In this document: positions 25,801 through 31,709 of the stretch, one piece after another
Layout: every line of letters starts with the position of its first letter
Position numbering within the stretch: position 1 is the first letter of the stretch
Origin: Acidobacteria bacterium ADurb.Bin340
Lineage (GTDB): Bacteria > Acidobacteriota > Holophagae > Holophagales > Holophagaceae
NCBI GenBank assembly: GCA_002068835.1
Contig: MWBB01000001.1
Coordinates: 1-48,457, forward strand
Direction: 5' to 3'
DNA: 48,457 bases
Program-made: the position numbers and the translations under genes
Notes under the pieces: generated by a model
Seen by the model: only the letters and a program-made list of their open reading frames with translations
The model's database searches: none
Told to the model about the DNA's origin: nothing

Positions 25801-26174
25801 GTCCTGGCTCCAGCAGCCGCGCCAGCATGGCCAAGGTCATCATCGGCGGGCAGGCCCTGAGCCTGGTGATCACCCTCCTCATCGTGCCGGTGGCCTACGC
25901 CCTCTTCGACGATGCCGGTGCCTTCTTCCGCAGCGAGCTGCCCGCCGGACTACGGGCCCGCCAGCGCTGGGCCCTGGCCTTCGCGGCATCGGGCGCCGCC
26001 CTGGGCCTGTGGCTGTTCCTCCAGGCGGCCGGTTTCTTCGTGGCCCTGGGCCCCGTACTCGCCTGGACCGCCCACACCCTCCTGGCCCTCGGCGTGGCCT
26101 TCCTGCTGCTGGGCGTTTGGCTCCACCACCGCCACAACCTTGCGGTTCCGGCCGAGGGCGTCACGGAGGGCTGA
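22887..26174 (+). CDS. Efflux RND transporter permease (AcrB/HAE1-like) with an extra hydrophobic C-terminal extension
   Basis: VNFASIFVRRPVFATMVVAFLTVMGLLSY..., GIVIDDAIVVLENV and GIVKKNGILQVDY are RND signatures. The GTG start at 22887 lies 8 nt after the adaptor stop. The product is 1095 aa. Confidence 0.95.
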   Translation: MNFASIFVRRPVFATMVVAFLTVMGLLSYRKLGVDLMPNVDLPTVTVSTILRGASPEEIEAQITKPIEDAVNTCSGIDELRSVSREGVSSVTVQFVLERPSAEAIQDVRDKVSAILNRLPEGTEPPVITKFDTDAIPVATLVITGPQSMKELTELADKTVKEGVQSVDGVGQAYLVGGQKRAINIWLDTGALRARGLTVQQVREALAAQNVEIPSGRVDRQTSEQVLRTMARVSRVEDFNSLVIASRGGVPVTLGEIGQAVDGLEEPRSLSRYDGDNAVSIVVQKQSGTNTVEVVDRLKARLGRIERNLPPGVKVQVVRDGSVFIRSSIGEVKLHLVLGAILASIVVLAFMGNWRSTLIASIAIPCSLIATFTVMKALGFTLNNYTLLGLVLAVGIVIDDAIVVLENVYRHMEELGKSAFQAALDGTKEIMLAVVATTSSLVVIFLPLAFMQGRIGRFFFSFGITVAVAVIFSLIIAIVLTPMLCSRFLKAGSMAGHGHEGGTTLNRWIHREYARLVRWAMARKRTVLVIAAACIAAVLPLYGLLGKDFQPLDDRGEFNLYVQTPPGSTLASSDALMRRLEAEIGKLPHVRHMLTTLGDTGSGNADVTQCNLFVSMDPLGERKLSQFQVMAQARKVLQAMPELRGAVQPVGDWGGGGGQYQFSYAIQGPDLLKLDELSQRVMARLRTEPGFVDVDTNQASRKPEVQVAIDRAKAADLGVRATDIANSLRYLVAGERVGKFREGAEQYDVWIQARPEDRDREESLYQIEVPSARGTTVPLANLVRLQDDMGPGQINRINRLRQMTVVANLVDLPVGTALEKAQAIAREADLPPGYQTFALGRARSFNETYQNFAIAFALSFVFMYMILAAQFESFLHPVTILLALPLAVPFALVSLLLLRESLNIYSIIGLFMLLGIVKKNGILQVDYTNTLRDAGLARDEAIFKANLVRLRPILMTTVTLIAGMIPIALGQGPGSSSRASMAKVIIGGQALSLVITLLIVPVAYALFDDAGAFFRSELPAGLRARQRWALAFAASGAALGLWLFLQAAGFFVALGPVLAWTAHTLLALGVAFLLLGVWLHHRHNLAVPAEGVTEG

Positions 26175-26209
26175 CGGCCGGCATCCTTCCAGCATCCCGG
26201 AGGCGCCCA

Positions 26210-27127
26210 ATGCGCACCCTTCCCTTGTTCCTCGCCCTGGCCCTCGGAGCGCCCCTCGTGGCGCAGGCTCCGGCCGCCCCGGCTGCGCCCGCAAAGATCC
26301 ACAAGGTGGAGAAGCTGTCGGACCGGGCCTACGCCATCTTCGGCCAGGGCGGCAACATCGGCCTTTTCGTGGGCGACCAGGAGGCCGTCCTGGTGGATAC
26401 CCAGTTCGCCCGCCTGGTGCCCGGCCTCTTCGAGGCCATCGCCTCCGTCACCGACAAACCCATCCGGTTCCTGGTGAACACCCACCACCACGGCGACCAT
26501 GTGGGCGGCAACGCCCTGGTGGCCTCCAAGGTCCAGGCCATCATCGCCCACGCCAACGTGCGCCGCCGCATGGAAGCCGAGCAGGCAAAACTGGATCCCG
26601 CCCAGCGGGGCGGCCTGCCCACCCTCCTGCTGGGCGAGAAGGATTCCGCCAAGCCCGCCCGCCTGGACCTCAGGCTGCCCGGCCTGGAGGTGCACATCGT
26701 CCACCGCAGCGCCGCCCATACGGACGGCGATCTGATCCTGGGCCTCCCTGGGGATCGCGTCATGCACCTGGGCGATTTGATGTTCCTGGGCATGCTGCCC
26801 TTCATCGACGCAAAGGATGGGGCCGGATCCTTCAAGGGTCTGGTGGACACCGTCGCCTGGCTGGCCTCCTGGATCCCCGAGGACGTCAAGGTCATCCCCG
26901 GCCACGGCCCCCTGTGCGGCAAGAAGGAGGTGCTGCGCTACCGGGACTTTCTGAAGGCCCTCCAGGCCCATGCGGCGGCCCGCCCCGGCACGAGCAGTGC
27001 GGATCTGGCCGCCAGCTTCGATGTGGCCGCCTGGCCGGAATGGAAGCCCACGGCCACCTTCGTGACCTGGGAGACCCTCTTCGATGCGGTCACGGAACGC
27101 GGACCTGGAAGGGTGGTGCGGCCATGA
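26210..27127 (+). CDS. Secreted MBL-fold metallo-hydrolase
   Basis: Signal peptide MRTLPLFLALALGAPLVAQA. NTHHHGDHVGGN (HxHxDH) plus downstream His/Asp ligands (HTDGD, PGHG). GGAGG RBS. Confidence 0.85.
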   Translation: MRTLPLFLALALGAPLVAQAPAAPAAPAKIHKVEKLSDRAYAIFGQGGNIGLFVGDQEAVLVDTQFARLVPGLFEAIASVTDKPIRFLVNTHHHGDHVGGNALVASKVQAIIAHANVRRRMEAEQAKLDPAQRGGLPTLLLGEKDSAKPARLDLRLPGLEVHIVHRSAAHTDGDLILGLPGDRVMHLGDLMFLGMLPFIDAKDGAGSFKGLVDTVAWLASWIPEDVKVIPGHGPLCGKKEVLRYRDFLKALQAHAAARPGTSSADLAASFDVAAWPEWKPTATFVTWETLFDAVTERGPGRVVRP

Positions 27128-27669
27128 AGCTCGTCTTCCTGGGTGGAAGCCTGCGCCCTGCCTCCCTCAACCGCCGCCTCCTTCAGCATCTGGCCCGTCA
27201 GGCCGAGGCCCGGGGGCACTTCATCCAATGCTTCGTGGGCGAGGACCTCCGCCTGCCCCTCTACGAAGACGACCTGCCCACGCCTGCCGTGGTCCTGCGC
27301 ATGGCCGAAGCCTTCCGGGAGGCCCAGGGCGCCGTGATCGTGAGCCCCGAATACAACGCGGGCATTCCGGGTCATCTGAAGAACGCCGTGGATTGGCTTT
27401 CGGTCCAGAAGCCGAGCCCCTGGACAGGGCTGCCCGTGCTCCTGGCCGCAGCATCGCCGGGCGCCTTCGGCGGCAGCCGAGGCCTGATGACCTGGCGGGC
27501 CACCCTGGCCAACCTGGGAGCCTGGGGCGCCCCCGGCGCCCTCACCATCCCAAGGGCACACGAGGCCCTGGATGCCGAGGGGGCTCCGGTGGAGGCCCGA
27601 TACGCCCAGGAAGCCCTCCGGGTGCTGGAGGGCTTCCTGGAATCGGCCGCCCGCCTCGACCGCGGGTGA
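27124..27669 (+). CDS. NADPH-dependent FMN reductase family protein
   Basis: MKLVFLGGSLRPASLNRRL...VIVSPEYNAGIPGHLKNAVDWLS is the flavodoxin-like FMN_red signature. ATGA overlap with the MBL gene stop. Confidence 0.85.
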   Translation: MKLVFLGGSLRPASLNRRLLQHLARQAEARGHFIQCFVGEDLRLPLYEDDLPTPAVVLRMAEAFREAQGAVIVSPEYNAGIPGHLKNAVDWLSVQKPSPWTGLPVLLAAASPGAFGGSRGLMTWRATLANLGAWGAPGALTIPRAHEALDAEGAPVEARYAQEALRVLEGFLESAARLDRG

Positions 27670-27978
27670 TCAGCCCTTGAAGAACTTGGACAACCCACCC
27701 AGGAACCCGGCGGATTCCGTCTGGGCCAGGGCATCCAGCTCCCCCGCATCCAGCCACATGCCGCCGCAGGTGGGACACACATCCACCTTCACGCCCCGGA
27801 ACTCCGTCTCCACCAGCTCGGAGCCATCCTTGGGACAGCGCATCCAGTGCAGGTCCTTGAGTTTCTGCTTTTCGGCTTCGGCCAGCCGCGCGGCTTCCTC
27901 CTGGGCGGACTTCTTCTTCCGCTCCAGTTCGAGCCGGGCGAAGTATTCCTCTTCCTTGGTGGCGGGTTTCACGGGCAT
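27670..27978 (-). CDS. zf-TFIIB-type zinc-ribbon protein
   Basis: A Lys/Glu-rich N-terminus, then CPKDGSELVETEFRGVKVDVCPTCGGMWLDAGELD, the CxxxG...CxxCGG(I/M)WLDxGEL pattern of PF13453-type proteins. Confidence 0.7.
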   Translation of the reverse strand: MPVKPATKEEEYFARLELERKKKSAQEEAARLAEAEKQKLKDLHWMRCPKDGSELVETEFRGVKVDVCPTCGGMWLDAGELDALAQTESAGFLGGLSKFFKG

Positions 27979-28076
27979 GGCTGTCGTCCTCCGCGCCCCC
28001 TAGGATGCCCGAGACCGGCGCGCCGTCCAGTCCCCGCCCTTGAGCGGCCCTGCCCCCCCTGCGATCCTGGAAGGCT

Positions 28077-30047
28077 ATGAGACTCGACCGCCTCGCCAAC
28101 TTCCGCCGCACCCACCGCAACGGGGACCTGCGCCTCGACCACGCGGGCCAGACCGTGCGCCTGCTGGGCTGGTGCAAGCGCATCCGCAACCTGGGCAGCC
28201 TCGTCTTCATCGATCTGCGGGACCGCTGGGGCGTGGTGCAGCTCCGGGCGGAGGAACACGAGGTGGCCCCGGAACTGCTGGAGCGCCTCCGGGCCGTGCG
28301 CAGCGAGTTCGTCCTGGCGGCTGAAGGCGTTGTGCGGGAGCGGGAGAGCAAGAACCCCAACCTGCCCACCGGGGACATCGAGGTGGACCTCACCGCCCTG
28401 CGCATCCTCAACACCGCCCAGACGCCGCCCCTGCCGGTGGACGACGCCGGGCAGGAAGCCAACGAGGACCTGCGCCTGAAGTACCGCTTCCTGGACCTGC
28501 GCCGGGAGAAACTGCAGCGGAACCTCCTGCTGCGCAGCGAAGTGGCCAACATCACCCGAGCCTACTTCCGCCGCCAGGATTTCGTGGATTTCGAAACGCC
28601 CATCCTGGGCCGTTCCACCCCCGAGGGTGCCCGGGACTACCTCGTCCCCAGCCGCGTGCACCCGGGCCAGTTCTTCGCGCTGCCCCAGTCGCCCCAGCTC
28701 TACAAGCAGCTGCTCCAGGTTTCGGGCTTCGAGCGCTACGTGCAAATCTGCCGCTGCTTCCGCGACGAGGACCTGCGGGCCGACCGCCAGCCGGAGTTCA
28801 CGCAGATCGATGTGGAAATGAGCTTCGTCGGCCAGGAGGATGTACAGGCCATGATCGAAGGCCTGATGGTGGAACTGGCGCCCCTGGCGGGCCAGACCGC
28901 CGTGGCGCCCTTCCCGCGCCTGCCCTACAAGGACGCCATGGAATGGTACGGCTCCGACAAGCCGGACCTCCGCTGCGCCGTGAAGATCCAGGACGTAACG
29001 GCCCACTTCGCCCAGAGCGATTTCAACCTCTTCCGGGCCGCCGCGGAAAGCGGAGGCCAGCGCCGGGTGCGCGGCCTGTTCTTCGCCGGGGAGCAGGCGG
29101 GAGCCTCCAGCCGCAAACAGCTGGACGAACTCCAGGACACGGCCAAGCACCTGGGCGCCGGGGGGCTCCCCTACGTGAAGTGGGGCAAGGACGGCCTCTC
29201 CAGCTCCTTCAAGAAATTCATCACGCCGGAGCTGGAAGCGGCGCTGAAGGAGGCCTTCGGCGCCCAGGGCGAAGGCCTGGCCGTTTTCGCCGTGGGCACC
29301 GACGACCAGACGTCCAAGGTGCTGGGCGAGCTGCGCCTGCGCCTGGCGCGGGCCTTCGGGCAGCTGGACACCTCCCGCTTCGCCTTCCTATGGGTGGTGG
29401 ACTTCCCCCTCTTCCAGTGGGATGAGGAATCCGGCCGTTTCGTGGCCTGCCACCACCCCTTCACCAGCCCCCATCCCGACGACCTGGACCTGCTGGAGAC
29501 GAACCCCGGCGCCTGCCGCGCCGTGGCCTACGATCTGGTGCTCAACGGCTACGAGGTGGGCGGCGGGTCCATCCGCATCCACGATGCGGACACCCAGAGC
29601 GCCATGTTCCGCGCCATCGGCATCGACGAGGTGGAGGCCCGAGAGAAGTTCGGCTTCCTGCTGGATGCCCTCAGCTACGGCGCCCCGCCCCACGGCGGTC
29701 TGGCCCTGGGCCTGGACCGCCTCGTGATGCTGCTGGCCGGGGTGGACAACATCCGGGAAGTGATCGCCTTCCCCAAGACCGCCCAGGCCCGCTGCCTGAT
29801 GCAGGATGCCCCCAACACCGTGGATGCCCGCCAGCTGCGGGACCTGCGCATCCAGATCGAACAGGCCCAGCAGTACCGGGCCGGGGTCATGTTCTTCGAA
29901 ACGGTGCCCGCCGAAGCCCAGGCGCCCCTCAAGGCCCTCCGCACCCTCACCATGGCCCAGCAGCCCTCTTCCACCAGCACCCTGGTGCTGGATGGCGAAG
30001 TGGTGAAAGTGGAAACCACCCGCATCCCGGGCTCCTTCCCGGAGTGA
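28077..30047 (+). CDS. aspS: Aspartate--tRNA ligase with a C-terminal extension of about 55 aa
   Basis: RTHRNGDLRLDHAGQTVRLLGWCKRIRNLGSLVFIDLRDRWGVVQ (OB fold), TPEGARDYLVPSR, QSPQLYKQLL, CFRDEDLRADRQPEFTQID and GGGSIRIH...GLALGLDRLVML are class IIb AspRS motifs. The protein is 656 aa. Confidence 0.95.
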   Translation: MRLDRLANFRRTHRNGDLRLDHAGQTVRLLGWCKRIRNLGSLVFIDLRDRWGVVQLRAEEHEVAPELLERLRAVRSEFVLAAEGVVRERESKNPNLPTGDIEVDLTALRILNTAQTPPLPVDDAGQEANEDLRLKYRFLDLRREKLQRNLLLRSEVANITRAYFRRQDFVDFETPILGRSTPEGARDYLVPSRVHPGQFFALPQSPQLYKQLLQVSGFERYVQICRCFRDEDLRADRQPEFTQIDVEMSFVGQEDVQAMIEGLMVELAPLAGQTAVAPFPRLPYKDAMEWYGSDKPDLRCAVKIQDVTAHFAQSDFNLFRAAAESGGQRRVRGLFFAGEQAGASSRKQLDELQDTAKHLGAGGLPYVKWGKDGLSSSFKKFITPELEAALKEAFGAQGEGLAVFAVGTDDQTSKVLGELRLRLARAFGQLDTSRFAFLWVVDFPLFQWDEESGRFVACHHPFTSPHPDDLDLLETNPGACRAVAYDLVLNGYEVGGGSIRIHDADTQSAMFRAIGIDEVEAREKFGFLLDALSYGAPPHGGLALGLDRLVMLLAGVDNIREVIAFPKTAQARCLMQDAPNTVDARQLRDLRIQIEQAQQYRAGVMFFETVPAEAQAPLKALRTLTMAQQPSSTSTLVLDGEVVKVETTRIPGSFPE

Positions 30048-30433
30048 CCACCCTGCGGCACCTCGCCACCGGCATCCTTCGGGAGGCCGGTTGGTCCCTG
30101 GAGCCGCCGCCCCTCCTCTGGTCTCCACGACTGACTCGCTGCGCGGGCCTTTTTGTGGTCGAAAAGGACCGCCGAGGAACCTGGCATCCCGAAATCCGCC
30201 TTTCCATCCCGCTCCTGCGCCGCCGGGACCGCCCCTGGCCCGTGGCCGTCTGCGGGTGCTGGTGCCGGGATCCCGAAGCCGTGGTCCGCCGCATCCTGGA
30301 GCACGAACTGATCCACCACAAACTCTGGTGGGAGGGCGCCAGCGACTGGGGCCACACCGAAACCTTCCGCCGTCTGGCCTGGGAAGCCTTCGGGCATCAG
30401 AGCATCACCCACGGGATCGGCTCGGAGAACTGA
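30044..30433 (+). CDS. SprT-like zinc-metallopeptidase-fold protein
   Basis: The GTG start overlaps the aspS stop (GTGA). WSPRLTRCAGLF...EIRLSIPLL...RILEHELIHHKLW (HExxH) ...GHTETFRRLA matches the SprT-like pattern. Confidence 0.75.
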   Translation: MTTLRHLATGILREAGWSLEPPPLLWSPRLTRCAGLFVVEKDRRGTWHPEIRLSIPLLRRRDRPWPVAVCGCWCRDPEAVVRRILEHELIHHKLWWEGASDWGHTETFRRLAWEAFGHQSITHGIGSEN

Positions 30434-30546
30434 CCCAGGAAAACCCGGGGTTCATCCACCTCCAAAGGCCGAACACCGCCCCAGGCGAAGCCATGCCCGG
30501 GCCCCGATCATCCCCAGATCCAACCTGGCCATACAGGAGTCAAACC

Positions 30547-30582
30547 AAAGACGATGCATGACCATCCAGGCATCTTTTTATT
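30547..30582 (+). terminator. Weak intrinsic-terminator candidate after aspS-sprT
   Basis: AAAGA-c-GATGC (30547-30557), a 12-nt loop, GCATC (30570-30574), then TTTTTATT. The core stem is short (5 bp), so confidence is low. Confidence 0.3.
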
Positions 30583-30762
30583 CTTGCGCGGAACCTTCCA
30601 GTGCAAGATAAACATCTTCTCTTGCGCTCTCCAACCATGGACCCTATGCTTCAACGTTCGCCCAGCAGTCATGAATCCCTTTAATGAGCGCTGTGACAAG
30701 CATCACAGGCTGTGCATTTCGCTCCTCCTATTCTGAAATATCCCATTTCTCGTGGAGCCACC

Positions 30763-31212
30763 GTGAAACCGACCGCATCGAACGAACCCGCGCCCCTCCG
30801 AACCCTGGGTGAACGCATCAAAGCGGTCCGCTCATCCTGGGCGTGGTCCCAGGAGGAGATGGCGGACGCTCTCCGCGTGGACCAGGCTTCCATCTCCTTC
30901 TGGGAGCGGGACAAGATCAAGCCCAGCGGCAGCGCCATGGTGGCCCTGGCCGCCCTCTTCCGCACCAGCGTGGAAGCCCTGGAAACGGGCACCAGCTTCG
31001 TGGTGCCCGACCCCCCGAGTCGGCAGCCCACCCCTCGCCGGGCCGAACGGGAGATCCCCCGCAGCGTCAGCCTGCCCCTGGGCCATGAAGAGCCCGTCCA
31101 GATGGTGGATCTGGTGAACGGCACCACCCGTGGCAAGCAGCTCTCCGAAGCCATGATGGACCTCGCCCAGGCCGTGAAGGATGGCCGCAAGGTCTGGGTG
31201 GTGATGGAATAA
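30763..31212 (+). CDS. XRE-family helix-turn-helix transcriptional regulator with an unassigned C-terminal domain
   Basis: LRTLGERIKAVRSSWAWSQEEMADALRVDQASISFWERDKIKPSGSAMVALAALFRTSVEAL is an HTH_XRE pattern. Start set at GTG 30763 (GGAG 5 nt upstream); GTG 30712 is an alternative. Confidence 0.8.
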   Translation: MKPTASNEPAPLRTLGERIKAVRSSWAWSQEEMADALRVDQASISFWERDKIKPSGSAMVALAALFRTSVEALETGTSFVVPDPPSRQPTPRRAEREIPRSVSLPLGHEEPVQMVDLVNGTTRGKQLSEAMMDLAQAVKDGRKVWVVME

Positions 31213-31233
31213 CGCCCCACCCACCTGCCCCAT

Positions 31234-31263
31234 AAGCCCCCGGATGGCTCCGGGGGCTTTTTT
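31234..31263 (+). terminator. Canonical rho-independent terminator after the XRE gene
   Basis: AAGCCCCCGGA (31234-31244), loop TGGC, TCCGGGGGCTT (31249-31259), running into six consecutive T residues. Confidence 0.8.
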
Positions 31264-31290
31264 GCACCCGGGGGTTGACGGGGCGCCCAA

Positions 31291-31324
31291 TCTACACAAA
31301 CCTTAGTAGACATTTTTGTGTAGA
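31291..31324. promoter_or_regulatory. Probable BlaI-type operator (perfect 10-bp inverted repeat)
   Basis: TCTACACAAA (31291-31300), N14, TTTGTGTAGA (31315-31324), containing TACA/TGTA half-sites. It ends 8 nt upstream of the blaI-like ATG. A TTGACG -35-like hexamer lies at 31275-31280. Confidence 0.6.
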
Positions 31325-31331
31325 AGGTCCC

Positions 31332-31709
31332 ATGACCCAGCCGCCCCGCCCCACCGATGTGGAACTCCGCCTCCTCCAGGCGCTCTGGAGCCTGGGCCCC
31401 GCCACGGTGCGCCAGGTCCACGAGATGCTGTGCGCCGACCGGGAGCTCACCTACACCGGCGTGCTCCGGATGCTCCAGGTCATGCATGAGAAGGGGCTGG
31501 TGCGCCGGGATGAATCGTCCCGATCCCATGTGTACGAGGCCGTCCTGCCTCGGGAGACCACCCAGCGGGGACTCGTATCCGACTTGCTGTTCCGGGCCTT
31601 CGCCGGATCCGCGAAGGATCTGGTGCTGGCCGCCCTGAAGACCGGCACCGTGTCGGCCCAGGAGCGGGCCGAGATCCAGGCCCTGCTGGCCGCCCCGGAG
31701 GAGCCATGA
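31332..31709 (+). CDS. BlaI/MecI/CopY family transcriptional repressor
   Basis: ELRLLQALWSLGPATVRQVHEMLCADRELTYTGVLRMLQVMHEKGLVRRDESSRSHVYEAVL is the winged-helix Penicillinase_R pattern. Start set at ATG 31332 within ORF 31275..31709. Confidence 0.9.
   Translation: MTQPPRPTDVELRLLQALWSLGPATVRQVHEMLCADRELTYTGVLRMLQVMHEKGLVRRDESSRSHVYEAVLPRETTQRGLVSDLLFRAFAGSAKDLVLAALKTGTVSAQERAEIQALLAAPEEP

Noticed and set aside
30469-30477. A 9-nt near-repeat, CTCCAAAGG (30469-30477) and CTTCAAAGG (33764-33772), flanking the XRE-BlaI-BlaR1 block and considered as att-like direct repeats.
   Set aside because: It is only 8/9 identical and short enough to occur by chance. No integrase or recombinase gene is present in or next to the block.
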